The notes under the pieces are model-generated. The model had not been told where the DNA came from. It did not search any database and was given only the letters and a program-made list of their open reading frames with translations. Positions 1 through 12,830 of a stretch of DNA of 64,000 bases are shown one piece after another; position 1 is the first letter of the stretch; each line of letters begins with the position of its first letter. Position numbers and translations under genes: made by a program. The DNA is from Felis catus (taxonomy: Eukaryota), in NCBI RefSeq assembly GCF_018350175.1, contig NC_058368.1, positions 38,752,001-38,816,000 of the forward strand, in the 5' to 3' direction.

Positions 1-70
1 CCTCTCTCCTGCTTGTGCTTACCCACTCGCTTTCTCTCCCTCTCTGTCTCTCAAAAACAAACATTAAAAA
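1..70 (+). mobile_element. Can-SINE 3' end (cut by window edge)
   Basis: CT-rich tract followed by ctctcaaaaacaaacattaaaaa tail. Confidence 0.8.
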
Positions 71-159
71 TTTTTTTAATGGATAAACAAAATTAGAGCT
101 TTTGATTATGCCATAGACACTAATATTTTGAGTAAGTTAATTGTATGTGGATGACCTTT

Positions 160-293
160 GACAGCATCATCCAGGATGATTTATAAAAATGCAGATCCTG
201 AAACCTCCCAAGCTTTTGTGATAGTTTCACGTAATGTGCATTTTAACAAGCTCCCCAGTGATACTTCCACTCACAAAAGGTTGGGTATCACTG
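160..293. mobile_element. MER5A-like hAT-Charlie MITE, degenerate
   Basis: gcattttaacaagctccccagtgat...ggtatcactg resembles the MER5 terminus. Confidence 0.6.
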
Positions 294-1054
294 ATAAGAA
301 CATTCTCTGACATATTTGCAAACTTCATTATGTTAGAGATTTTGAGAATATGGAAAACAATCTTTTATTTCTCCGAGAAACGCTGTCAACATGAACACTG
401 ATATTCATTGAGAGGGAAAGGGAAAGTTAAAAATAAAAGTATCAGTAAAGTACATGAATATCTATGTTCTTAACTCTCCATTAACATGAAACAAATATGC
501 CAGATGGTAAATGCCCTACTTACAAAACACCGGGAATTCACTGATCCCCAAGCAGAGATCCCTAGAAAGTAATTTGTGTCACTCAAGGCAACAAAACATA
601 TTGATAAATTGTGCTCAGTGTTCATGAAAATGATTGGATTCAAACCGAGGAACTTGAACATGTGGCATTATGGAGCAGAGAGCATTTAGTTTATTAAATA
701 AAGTTCTCTCACAAATATCCCATACCAGAGAGCAAAAATAAAAGCAGTAGTATAATGACTTTCTTAATTGCTATAAGATTAAGAAGTATTGAAACTTAAC
801 TTTTGGTTATGTATCATATTAATATATATATGAATTATTTTTTCAGATACCATAAATAACCATAAGAGTTAGAGAAATATACGCTCAGAAGGTCCTTGTA
901 ATTTTAGACATTCTGTGGCAGTAATATAACTTTTCTTAGAAAATATATTACATCTTCAGGTGGGTCAGTTACCACCATTTAAGTTATTTTAATTCTGAAT
1001 GATGATTGTACATTGATTTTTAAAGATTAATTCTAAGTTGCAGGCATGCTTTTA

Positions 1055-1276
1055 AAATTTTTATTTTTTTTATTTTTTTTTTTTTTTTGAGGGAGAGAGA
1101 GACACAGAGCACAAGCGAGGGTGGGACAGAGAGAGAGGGAGACAAAGAATCCAAAGCAGGATCCAGGTTCTGAGCTGTCAGCACAGAACCTGACGTGGAG
1201 CTTGAACCCACCAACAGTGGGATCACGACCTGAGCCAAAGTCGGATACTTAACTGAATGAGCCACCCAAGCACCCC
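1055..1276 (-). mobile_element. Can-SINE (SINEC)
   Basis: poly-T, (GA)n, ...tgagccacccaagcacccc head; ggcatgYtttt on both flanks (TSD). Confidence 0.95.
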
Positions 1277-1339
1277 GGCATGTTTTTTTTAAAGATATGT
1301 AGTAATCTTATCAGTAAAATTTGGTATTAAACCAGAACT

Positions 1340-1510
1340 CATATTTATTGAGCATTGTCCTAGATGTTTAACATAGATTTTTCTCTCATTTCTCATTTAC
1401 TAAACCAAAGTTACTCTTCAGATAAGTTTGTAAAAACCTGAGGATGAGAAGGCTTAAATAATTCAAATTCAAATTTGTCCAAGTGATTCCAAACCAAAGC
1501 TTTCTTTTAC
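1340..1510. mobile_element. MIR/L2-type ancient fragment
   Basis: atttattgagcatt...gaggatgagaaggcttaaataa...gtgattccaaa, degenerate MIR-like motifs. Confidence 0.4.
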
Positions 1511-2719
1511 ACTAAAATGTCATATATTACTGGTAAATTTTTTTGGTCTTCCATTTATAAAGTGCATGCATTTGTATTTTCACTCTTTTCTGATTTTATA
1601 CTTAATATATTTTTGGGTGGGTAGAAATTTGGTACATACATAGCCATTCACATATTACTACCCACAGATAATTGATTATAAATCTGATGTGTGTGTTGTA
1701 TATATCATTTTCTGTATGTTTGAATTGTGTATCTATCTATCCTCTGTATTTATGTTTTACTTTTAGTTTGTTTTGTTTTTGTTGTTAAGCATCCCCTTTC
1801 TTTTAGAAACAACCATGGTTCTTTGAGGACCTGCACATTATTCATTCTAGAGAGAGAATGCCAAGCTCTTAACTGGTTCTACTGCTATAATAATGGTTGA
1901 TTGATTCAAGGGTAGGCAACTGTCTTATAATGCTTTCCCAGAATGTTTTCAGATAGAATTCAGAGGAAAAGTTCACTGTGTTAGAAATTGTGAAATACAA
2001 GACTTAGGAGCTGTCAATGACTATTTCTCCTACCAGGTTGAAAAGGACTGTATATAATGGAAGAAAAAAAAGAGATCAGATCCGTAAGATAGGGTTTAAT
2101 TAATACTAAAATATACACAATCTAAAAGTTTTGCCTTTTACTCTGCATTTAATCTTGTAGAATTAAAATTTAGATGTCATAAATAATCCAGGGTTTTTGA
2201 TATCAAGGGAAAAATAATGTGAATTTAATAAGAACAAAGAAATAAATATTAATTTATTTTAAAAATATAAATTCCCCAAAATGTGACCAGCGTACAACTG
2301 GTGGAGTCTACCTAAAAATATTAGATGCATTAAACCCTTCATTTGATCGGGAGAAAGACAGAAAGAAGGTAGCCTTTCTTACCACAGCATTCCTCTTAAT
2401 GGCAGAGATTTTCCTACGCCTTATATCAGACGTGACAGAAAAGTAAAGCACGCCTATTCGCAGAGAGGATCATTACACTTCACCTTAAAAACCTTTAAAA
2501 TGGTTTTATTGATCAGACTTAACTCAGGGAAGTAGAACGTGGAAAAGTTTTAGCTGTCTATAATCTCAACCTTCATTATGTTTTGTAGAATTCCCATTCC
2601 TCTCAATTAATGATATCCTAGGTGATTTGTATAACTTTCTGGGCACTTGTAGTTCATAAAAAGTTCAGTGAGTTGATTTTTAATTTTTAATTTATTAATT
2701 TTTACTAGTTTTATTAATG

Positions 2720-3650
2720 TTCAGTTTTTCAAGAATAAATTCAGGTATTAGTTTATTGGACATCCTTCCAGATAAGTTGTATACATATAAACACACATTT
2801 ATATGTTTATTTTGCCCACCTTTTTATACCACTAACTATATACTTTGATTTATACTTGTTCATATCTTTGGGGAAAAAAATTTATAGTAAAATAGTGGGC
2901 TCTTTCACTGTTTTTCAAGGATACAAATTATTCCATTAATGGATGTACCACAGTTATTTAACTGGTCTTTTATTTTGAGATATTCAGGTTGTTTCCAATA
3001 TTTTACTGTTACATAATGCTACAAGATGCAGTGATTAACACTATATATGTCATTTCATACTTACTTTAATAAATTAATGGAAGAATTTTTAGAAGTGGAA
3101 TTCCTAGGATGTGCATTATTTTCACATACACTGCAAAATTGCACTTCATATAGATTACAGTCATTTATAATTCAATTAGATATAACTAAGCTTCATGGTA
3201 TCTTCATACCCTCCTAAAACTATACTATTTATGCAACTTCTGGATCTTTTCTAGTATACTGAACAAACATTGGTGTGCCTATATCATTTTTATTTTATTT
3301 CTTTAATCAGGAATGTTTGTATTTAGTATGTTTAAGGGTCATTAGAATTTCTTTTTGTTTGTCCATTTATATTCTTTGATTTTTTTTTAATTTATATTGG
3401 CCCTTTTCAGTGGCCTATAGGGTTCAGTGTTAAGAAAATAGCATTGTTTCTTGTTATTAATTCTGAATATGTTTTTTGGATTTTGCTTATAATAATTTTT
3501 TCTATGTCGAAAACTTTAATATATGTTTTTATTTATATGTTTTGTTTTGTGGTTTCAGAAGTTTTATGTTCTACTTAAAAAGGTCTTTCCATTCTAGGGC
3601 TGTAAAACCCCTAGTTTCTTTTAGTGTGTTTAATGATTTACTTTCTTTAA
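2720..3650 (-). mobile_element. Ancient L1M 3' region fragment
   Basis: ttattccattaatggatgtaccacag...ggttgtttccaata...gaagtggaattcctagg typical of antisense L1 ORF2 end/3'UTR. Confidence 0.6.
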
Positions 3651-3666
3651 AATTAAACATGTGGTT

Positions 3667-3845
3667 GGGGCACCTGGGTGGCTTAGTGGGTTAAGCATCT
3701 GACTTTGGCCCAGATCATGACCTCGCAGTTTGTGGGCTGGAACCCTGCGTTGGGCTCTGTGCTGACAGCTCCCTCTCTCTCTCTGCCCCTTCCCCGTCAT
3801 GTTCTGTCTCTCTCTGTCCCAAAAATGAATAAACATTAAAAAAAA
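3667..3845 (+). mobile_element. Can-SINE with internal deletion
   Basis: ggggcacctgggtggcttagt head; gctgacagct joined directly to the CT tract; atgtggtt on both flanks. Confidence 0.95.
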
Positions 3846-3934
3846 CTTTTTTAATGTGGTTAATATGGAAATTATTTTTTGTGGGTTATGAAGTAAGAAT
3901 TTTTTATCTAGATTCCTCCTTCTTTAAAAATTCA

Positions 3935-4036
3935 AAATTTCCCAGTATTAATATTACATATTAATATCAATTACATATTAATTACATATTAATATTACAT
4001 ATTAATACTGGAAAATTTAAGTATTAATATTACATA
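3935..4036. repeat. AT-rich tandem repeat (attacatatta-like) inside a 20-bp inverted repeat
   Basis: arms 3935-3954 and 3999-4018 are reverse complements with 1 mismatch. Confidence 0.85.
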
Positions 4037-4139
4037 TATCAATATAGTATTTGTTTATGTTTAGGGTTTCAATTATTATTCATTATGTATTCACATGCCA
4101 GTACCCCACTGTTTATATAGTGATGTTTTATGGTATATT

Positions 4140-4374
4140 TTATTTATTTATTATTTTTTTAACATTTATTTATTTTTGAGAGACAGAGAGAGACAGAGCA
4201 TGAGCAGGGGAGGGGGGAGAGAGAGAGAGAGGGAGACACAAAATCTGAAGCAGGCTCCAGTCTCTGAGCTGTTTGTTAGCACACAGCCGGATATAGGGCT
4301 TGAACCCATGAACTGAGAGGCCATGACCTGAGCCAAAGTGAGACGCTCAACTGACTGAGCCACCCAGGTGTCCC
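4140..4374 (-). mobile_element. Can-SINE
   Basis: T-rich tail, GA tract, ...gagccacccaggtgtccc. Confidence 0.95.
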
Positions 4375-4576
4375 TGATATATCTCAATATTAAGTAGGGT
4401 AAATCATTGATCATTTTGTTCAGAAGTTCCTTGTTTGTACTTTTTTATATTCTATATGAACTGTAGATTCATCTTTTTAGTTCCAAAACATCCTATTTAC
4501 ATTTTTCTTTAGATCACGTTAAAATTATAGTTTAGCTTAGGGAGTTCTGACCTATTTGTAAAGTTGTGTCTTCTCT

Positions 4577-4801
4577 TTAAAAAAAAATGTTTACTTATTT
4601 TAGAGAAAGAGAGAAAGAGACAGAGAGAGAGACTGAGAGCACTAGTGGGGAGCAGCAGAGAGATGGAGACAGAATCTGAAGCAGGTTCCAGCCTCTGAGC
4701 TGACAACAGAGAGACCAATGTGGGGCTCACACTCAGGAACCACAATATCATGACTTGAGCTGAAGTCAGATGCTTAACCTACTAAGCCACCCAGGTACCG
4801 C
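4577..4801 (-). mobile_element. Can-SINE
   Basis: ...aagccacccaggtaccgc head; taaagttgtRt(c)ttctc on both flanks. Confidence 0.95.
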
Positions 4802-5474
4802 TAAAGTTGTATTCTCCTCTTGAAGCATATATCTTGCTTTATTTTGTGCAGCATTACATAGATAGTTTATTCAAAGAGCGCATTGCACGTTTTTTATTGA
4901 ATGAGAATATCTTCTGACTATTTATAATAATGGATATTTGGCAAAATATTTCATCAAATGCACAACTTGACAAGTTAGATGAAATCTTTGCAGCTTCTCA
5001 TTCTGTTTAAAGATGATTTCGTTACTTATTAAAAAGAGGAGAATGCACACAGATATCCCTTTTATATTCACAACTCAGCTGCAACATACGTATCTTTGAA
5101 TTTCCCTTTAGTACATGAATATTTTTATATTCATGAAACTGGTAATTTAAACAAGAGAATTCATGCTTCTGATGCTTTAATATATTTATTAGATTATGTT
5201 TTTGGAACACTGCCAAGTCATCCTTATGACAGCCTGGGGATGTTTCTAAAAAGACATTATCTGGTTCTAATTAGTGATCATGATTTTTCCATTGGAGGAT
5301 CATGACTGAAAATTTACTGTTTTATGTTATACTAAAATATTGAGAAATGGAGAAAGGAAATGTAGAAACTATATTTATATTTTAACTTAAAAGACAGGTG
5401 TATTTTTATCATAACAAAAAGAAAACAAACTAAAAAGATAGGATTAATTTTTACCTCTTTCAACACCAATTTTA

Positions 5475-5678
5475 TTTTTTAAATTTTTACTGTGTATTTA
5501 TTTTTGAGAGAGTGAGTGCAAGCAGGGGAGGGGCAGAGAGGGGGGCGGGGACAGAGGATCCAAAGCAGGCTCTGTGCTGACTGCACAGAGCCCCACCTGG
5601 GGTTTCAACTCACAAACCGCAAGCTCGTGACCTGAACTGAAGTGGGATGCTTAACTGACTGAGCCACCCAGGTACCTC
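5475..5678 (-). mobile_element. Can-SINE (1 of tandem triple)
   Basis: ...gagccacccaggtacctc head; accaattt flanks. Confidence 0.95.
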
Positions 5679-5690
5679 AAAACCAATTTA

Positions 5691-5901
5691 AAAAAATTAA
5701 CATTTACTTATTTTCTTGAGAGACAGAGAGACAGAGCACAAGCAGGAGAGAGGCAGAGAGAGAGGGAGACACAGAATCCGAAGCAGGCTCCAGGCTCCGA
5801 GCTGTCAGCACAGCCCAATGCAGGGCTCGAACTCACAAACGCGGGGATCATGACCTGAGCCAAAGTTGGACGCTTACCTGACTGAGCAACCTAGGCACCC
5901 C
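5691..5901 (-). mobile_element. Can-SINE (2 of tandem triple)
   Basis: ...gagcaacctaggcacccc head; accaattt flanks. Confidence 0.95.
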
Positions 5902-5913
5902 AAACCAATTTTA

Positions 5914-6128
5914 TTTATTTAAAATTTTTTTAATGTTTTTATTTATTTTTTAAGGAGAGAGAGACAGAGCATAAGCAGGGGAAGAGCAGGGAGTGAGGGA
6001 GACACAGAATCTTAAGCAGGCTTCAGGCTCTGAGCTGTCAGCACAGCTCAGAACTTGGACTCACAAACTGTGAGATCATGACCTGAGCCGAAGTCAGATG
6101 CTCAACCGACTGAGCCACCCAGGCACCC
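5914..6128 (-). mobile_element. Can-SINE (3 of tandem triple)
   Basis: ...gagccacccaggcaccc head; ccaatttta flanks. Confidence 0.95.
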
Positions 6129-6515
6129 CAATTTTAAATATAAGCAGTACCTATGCAGGTATTATAGTGGAAATACTTAAGCTCTCAAATCGAATTATAG
6201 TAAATGTCATTTTTATATAAAACTGTGGAACTGAAGAAAATATTGTATAAAGACAACACTATTCGTATTTAATGCTTGTAAGTAAATATAGAGAAAGTTT
6301 TCATACTATTTTTAGGTGAGAGAATATACATAAGCCATTAACCAAAAATGTTAAGCATAGAAATAAATTTCTTGGCACTAAGAACACAGTGTTTAGAGAT
6401 ATCATGGATTATGATCTTGAAATTTGGCAATAGGGTAAGTGAGAATATAACATAGATAAAATAATTAAAAACCTTTGACAATTTCAAAATAAGAGTATTA
6501 ATGATATTAATAAGT

Positions 6516-6678
6516 TAACATTATTTATATAAGTATTTATAACATTATTTATATAAGTATATATAACATTATTTATATAAGTATTTCCCCTTATATAATA
6601 AGGGAATAATTATATAAGTTATTATATAATTATATAATAATTATATAAGTATTTCCCCTTATATAATAAGGGAATAAT
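6516..6678. repeat. AT-rich compound repeat with a 38-bp direct repeat
   Basis: taacattatttatataagtat x3; ttatataagtatttccccttatataataagggaataat at 6573-6610 and 6641-6678. Confidence 0.9.
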
Positions 6679-7799
6679 ACTCTGTTGAGGTGAGAGAAAA
6701 ATAATACTGGAATTAATATATGTGTCATTGTTTTATACCAGTTTACAAAGTATACACGCATACTTAAATAAATAGCAAGAAAACCCAAATTTTATTTTTT
6801 CACATTGATTTAACAGATTGTTGAGGTAAACCTGTGAGTTTACATTGTTAATAGTGCTAATGTAGTAAAACAACAGGCATGTAATCCAATAAGTTTAGAA
6901 GCCAAAATATTTGTTTAACATAGGATGCATTGTTTAAATTTAATACTATGAGACATGGTCTCAATTATATTCACAGCAGTGATATATTGAGAGTAATTCA
7001 AGCAATATACACAATATTTTAGGGTCAATACAATGGTTTAGTGAAGCACAAATTCAACTTAGAATCACTCTCAGACATGTGATGGAAATACCTGATAAAT
7101 TAAACTGATTAGATAAGTTAGTTAAAATATGGTATGCACTTAAGCAATAGAAGTTTCTCAAATAATAAAAAACTCATGAGATTTGGAGATAATTAAAATT
7201 AATTATTACTTTTATTTTTCATATTGATTTGTCTGAGGTGTTATCATTAATGACATTAACAAAAGAGTACAACAAAACAAATCATATTTGTATTTTGTTA
7301 TTTTGCTTTATAACAGATTAAAAATGCTTTTGAAGTTAACGTTTATTTTGATATCCAACATATTTAATACTCAATGTATAATTAGATATATAAACCTAAT
7401 ATATGATTGAATATTAAAATCCTCTAAATAATATTTGGCAAATTTGTTTTAATAAATGGAAATAACTAGCATGTGAAATATCAACAATTGTGCTATTAGA
7501 GTTAAACAAAAGGCAATTATAAAACAGCAACCAAATTTGTTTGAGACTGTGATGGGGGAAGATATTCATTTACAAAAAGTCCCAAATGTAATTCCTATAG
7601 AGATTTTTTTCCCACCATTATAGATTGAAGCATCTGCTCAATTGATGACATATTTGAACATGTTGAACAACATTGTGATAATATGGGTTTATTTGTAATA
7701 TACCAAGCTTGAAAATACTGAATAAAAAGGAAAGTAAAACACTACATCAATTTTATACTGAGACAGTGAACAGGAATGAGTTATTTGTACTGTGAGAAT

Positions 7800-8175
7800 A
7801 AAATATCCTAATATCTTTTCTTTAAAGTTAATTTGTATACTGACATCTTTACAATTAATAATTGTATTCAGATTTAAGTCTGCTTTATTAAAATGTTATT
7901 TTCATGTCTTACCATTCTATATTTTTCCTCCTTTCTAGTCTTCTTTTAGATTACAATGTATTTATTGCTGTTGATTTTTCCACTCAATTATTACTTATAC
8001 ATAGTTACACACACAATAGTTACTAATTCTTTAGTGTTACTCTGTGGCATACAATCTTGATCTTTACCACTACTGAATAATGCAAGTAGAAACTCTTAAC
8101 TACATCTGTGCCACCCTAACATTCCTGATAGACCTGTAATGTATTTTTCTTTCCTTCTTGTAACTGACATTAATT

Positions 8176-8226
<51 letters not shown>

Positions 8227-9100
8227 TTGAATTTATTTACTAATTTTGCTCTACATAGGCAATGCTCATGTAGAATTATTTATATATTTATATTTTTTAT
8301 TGAGTAGTTCTGGGCTTTTCCATGAGATCATTGCTTTCTCATGTGGAACTTACCTTTATTGTAATTTTCTCAACTTTGTATGCCTGGAAATATCTTTACT
8401 TTCCTGCATTTTTGGAGGAATTTTATGGGATGTCTAATTCTGACTTCTTTTTTTCCTTTAGGAATATATAATTTCCTTGTTCTCTAGCTCCTTTTGTTTT
8501 AGTTAGGAAGGGAATTTGCTTTTCTTCCTTGAATGTAATATATGTATGTTTTTACTTTCTCATTTTAATTGTTTGCTTTGTATTTTGGTAGTTTTGTTAC
8601 TGAGTGTTTAGGCATGGTTTTCTCTGTACTTTTCATTCTTCACGTTCCTAGTGCAGCTAATTAGCATCAGTGAAAGAACACCCTTAATTCTACTATAGAT
8701 TTGACTGTTTGGCTACTGATATTCAGTCTTTGCTAGGGTTTTATCCCTACTTTTAGGATTTGAACTTGTGTAGATCTCCAATGTGGAGCTGACCAACCCT
8801 CTCCTTACTAGTGAGTGCACTCTGAACTCCAGTATTTTTCCCTCTATCCCTGGACAATGGTAGTGGTGGCTTAACTTCTCAAACTCAGCCACAGATTATG
8901 CTCCATAAATTCCTCAAAGACAGAAGTGCAAAATTTGAGGTTCACCTTTCTGTGATTCTCTTTTCTCCTGCATCTTGGTTCCTGAAGTTCCTTGATAGTA
9001 CTCTGATATTTTCAAAGACATTTATTTATCTCACTCTCCTTTTTCAGTGGGTGAATTGTTCTGTAACAAGCTGTCCCTCCAATACTGGAGGCACATATCC
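7800..9100 (-). mobile_element. Ancient L1M (ORF1 and 5' region) fragments
   Basis: tgcctggaaatatctttactttcctgcatttttggagg and ...aagctgtccctccaatactggaggc resemble antisense L1ME. Confidence 0.5.
8175..8228. repeat. (TTTA)n microsatellite
   Basis: direct reading. Confidence 0.95.
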
Positions 9101-9644
9101 TCAGCAGATTTGGGAAAAACATCAACTTTCTCTTCCCTCAAACTTGGCTTGGATGTTTAGCCACGGGTGGGAGAGGTAGTAATCTCTGCTTTGATCTACT
9201 CTAATGATTCTTTTTGAGTTTTTATTGATTCTCTTTGTTAAAAGAAATACAGTATTTGTTTAACATAGCAGGGTCTGTGACAAACCCCCTAGTTTTATGG
9301 CTCAACTCCTGCATTTACTCACACGTAACTATGACAGATTGCTAAATTTATCTCTTATTTTCCTTAGAAAATAATAATCATCGTCATCTTAGTACAAAAG
9401 TTTGTTTTGAAGAGGAAATAGTTAACTTGTAAAAGCTCCTGGAAGAATGATATTCTTAATATTCTTGTTTCTAATTATTTAAAACCATATGAAACATCTC
9501 TCAATTTTTCCATCTGCAAAAGCTTCAACTTTCCTCATGATGTAGTCCTTAGCAATTCATTGCTTAGGAAGATTGCCTCATTCAGTGGGTTTTGCAAAAT
9601 GTAGGTCTCATGTATAATTACTCTGAAATGGTCATTCATTGTTG

Positions 9645-9792
9645 TGTTTCATGGACTTCCTATAATTCAAATGAAACTGTGTGCAAGATTTTGTGTGTAT
9701 GCACAAATGTACATTAAATTTTTGTGGAAAAAGATTATAGCATTCATCAAAGGTTTAATGATGTCTGGATGCAAAATAAACTGAAAGTGTTC
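9645..9792. mobile_element. hAT-Charlie-type MITE fragment
   Basis: gtgcaagattttgtgtgtatg...tagcattcatcaaagg resembles a Charlie-derived MER; subfamily uncertain. Confidence 0.4.
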
Positions 9793-10491
9793 CAGGCACA
9801 ATTTACTGTGTACTCTGTGGACTACAGGAAAGGGAGAATTGCTTTAAAAGTGGTTGTTGTTGTTGCTGTTGCTATTATTTGGGAGTAAAAAAATCACTTT
9901 AGATAGGCTCTACACATAAAATACTCTCCTCCATTATATGATGCTAAACTATACTTTGTTTTACACCACAAAACCCCCGTCTAGCTGCAGATCAGGGAAT
10001 ATTGCCATCTAATTCTTTCACACCCAGTTATGCATGAGTTATATTTATAAATTCTATTATTTATGTCTGTGATGACATTCTTTATTTCCATCTAACAAAA
10101 AACCTACCCAACTGTAAAAGCCTTCCTATAGTGTGGCCCCATTCTGAGATTTAGCCTACTTAAGGCAGAAGTAATTTTTGTGACTGTTTAAATTATGTGG
10201 ACAAGGGCTATATTTTCTTCGTCCTTGTATTTCTCCAATCCGGTACATAGTAGGCATGCACAAAATGTCAGTGGACTTGGTAAAATCTGTTCAGAATATT
10301 GAAGAATATATATGATCTTTGAATTACACAGTAGCAGATATGGCAGATATTGCCATATCTGAAGTTTATTTCTCCATAATGTAATTGTCTTCGTCAGCTC
10401 TGCTTCATAATCCATATTCAGGGCCTTCTCATTGAGATACTGAGAGTAGCATTTAAAAAAAATTCTATATTTAGTTAAGCAGCAATTCCAT

Positions 10492-10640
10492 AATTCATGC
10501 TATTTAATCAATAAATATTTATGGATTACATTTTAGGTATGAGGCACTTTGTAGGCCCTGAGGACATGTGGATAAGCAAAACAGATGAGGTACCTGTATT
10601 CATGGTACTCATTCAAGTGTGGTAGACAAATGTGAACAGA
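10492..10640 (-). mobile_element. L2 3' terminus
   Basis: aataaatatttatgg...aggcactttgtaggccctgagg...aaacagatgaggtacctgtattcatgg. Confidence 0.7.
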
Positions 10641-10699
10641 GTGTTATCTTAATTTCAAATTATATCTAATCTCTGACCTCCTCTGTTGTTATACACTTT

Positions 10700-11745
10700 G
10701 TTATTATTCTCATTTTGAATGCTTCTCTCCCCACGGGGACTGCACTTTTGTCTGCAGAATCTGCACCAATTCCTTCTTCCTGTTTTGAGCAAAAATCCTT
10801 GAAAGAGTTGTCTTTACTTCTTTCTTTGCCATCTTCCTGGTATTCTCTTTCCTATTGTATCTTAAATCTCAACATTCTGCTTTAAACCACCATCATCTGT
10901 CACTTGGATTAGAATCTCTAATCTGTCTCTCACTAATCCAAGTGCAGTAGACTTCAAATTCTTCTTGTTTCTACCAGGGTCACCTAAGGAGTATTTCAAA
11001 ATGGTAGCCTGAAGGATACTGTTAAAATGTACATTAGTTTATGTCACTTCGCTGCATAAAGCCCTCCAGTAGTTTCCTACTTCACTCAGAGCAAAATGCT
11101 GAGTCTTCCCATTGTGCTGAAAGAGGTTCTATGTGATCTGGCCCCAAATGCCTCTGACTTCATCTCCCCCCACCTGTCCCCTCAGTGTATCAGGCATCTT
11201 CCTCTTTCAGAAACTGCACTTTTTTTCTGTTTGATATGCTCTTCCCTATAGATGACTTCCTTCAGGGCTTTTCTTAAATGCATCTTAACAGGGAAGCCTG
11301 TCCTACAAAGTATGCTTGAACACAGTACTTTCAGTTCCTCCTTGTTATCACTATATCTACTCACATCAGCATTTGTGCTATTTCTCAAAGATACCAGTAA
11401 TATTTTTGAAGCAGTAATATTCACTGAGTACTCCATATGTATAGAATGGCCTTTTGTTAGATGTATAAATCGCTCGTTCACTTTCTTTGTTCCAGTCTTT
11501 CTTCAGATACATTTTCTTAATGAATCGTTTCCTGACAATGATATTTGAAATTGCCACCTCCTTTTCACAATTGTTATTCTCTTTCCCTTAATATTATACT
11601 TAGTGGAACTTTTCAAGTATAAAATGAATTAATTTTTAAAAATTATTACCTTACCTGTGCCCTTCCAGTGAAACATGAAAGTTGTAAGAGCTTAGATTTT
11701 CACTTTGATACATGAGCGTATAGGAGGCAATAAATAAATACTCAT
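10700..11745 (+). mobile_element. L2 3' region
   Basis: accaccatcatctgtcacttggatt...atgtcacttcgctgcataaagccctccagtagtttcc...gtgatctggcccc; ends ggcaataaataaatac. Confidence 0.7.
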
Positions 11746-11829
11746 ATATAACATGGCAAGGTGGTGTTTAATATCAGATAGTTGTAAATGCTGTGGAGGT
11801 TAATAAAGATTGCTAAGTAGGAAAGTGTA

Positions 11830-12830
11830 TGAAAAGGTGTGCCTATTTTCTGCAGTGTTATCAAGTACAAGATGAAGGGTGGATTGACATATAAGTGGAG
11901 AACCAAAGGGAGGGAATAAGCTGGGGGAAAGAGTTCTAGGCATGGGATACAGCCAGTGCAGATCTCCAAGGCACAGGAATCTTTAGCATATTATAAGAAA
12001 TGGAAGTATATCAGTGTGTCTGGAGCTGAGTGAATACTGGGGACAATAGTAAGAGATAAGGCCACAAAAGAAATGGGGCCAGGTCATGTAGGTTTTGAAG
12101 ACATTGAAAGAACATTGAAATTTTATTCTGAGTGATCGGATGATGTTATAGGGTTTTGGGCAGAGGACTGAGATGATCTAGATTCTGACTTCTGGGGAGA
12201 GAATTAGCCAGCATAAAAGAGGAAAACCAGTGAAAAAGCTATTAAAACAAATGAGGGATATTTGTAGCTTGGACCGGAGTAATAGCACTAGAAGTGGTAG
12301 GTAGAAACTGGTCGGGTTACAGTTATGATTTCAGGATGGAGCTATCAGTTGTCCTCTAATTGAATGTGAGATGCTAGAGAAAGTTGGTAATCAAAGATGA
12401 TTCCAAATTTTTGATCTGAGTCATTGGATAAATAGAGGTGCTATTAATCGAGATTGACAGTATATGAGCAGAAGAACCTTCAGGGGAGAAATGACATTCT
12501 GTGTTGGATATGTTGAGTTGGAGTTGTCTGTTTAACATCCAAGTCTCAAGTTAAAGGGAGGAATCTAAGTGAAGAATGTTTGTGAAACGGCAGTTTTTAC
12601 TGGATGCATTCCAATTTTAAAAGTAAGGGAGTTGAAGAGGAGAAAGAAATGGTTGATTCAAGAAATAGATGAGAAGCCAGCAGAAGGTATTGTCCTGACT
12701 TAAAGAAATTGTTTCAAGAAGTGGGTGCTCAAGTATCCCAAATGATGATAGCTCAAGTGACATGAAGACGGAAAACGGATTTGTGTTAGGAGTATGGAGA
12801 TTGCTGAAGACCAAGGCAAAAGCCATTTAC
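11830..12830 (-). mobile_element. L2 fragment
   Basis: gtgtctggagctgagtga...ggggccaggtcatgtagg...ttttattctgagtga...tcaaagatgattccaaatttttg. Confidence 0.75.

Noticed and set aside
2383..2483. 101-nt minus-strand exon-like segment (tttttaag|...|gtaaga) with several CpGs
   Set aside because: Stops in all three frames and a weak AAG acceptor; the plus-strand open frame matches no protein I recognise.
5465..6136. CRISPR-like repeat-spacer array
   Set aside because: The 'spacers' are ~200-bp SINEs and the 'repeats' are TSDs; this is eukaryotic DNA with no cas genes.
6295..6322. Plus-strand tttttag|gtgaga recursive-like motif
   Set aside because: Short, interrupted pyrimidine tract; likely background in AT-rich DNA.
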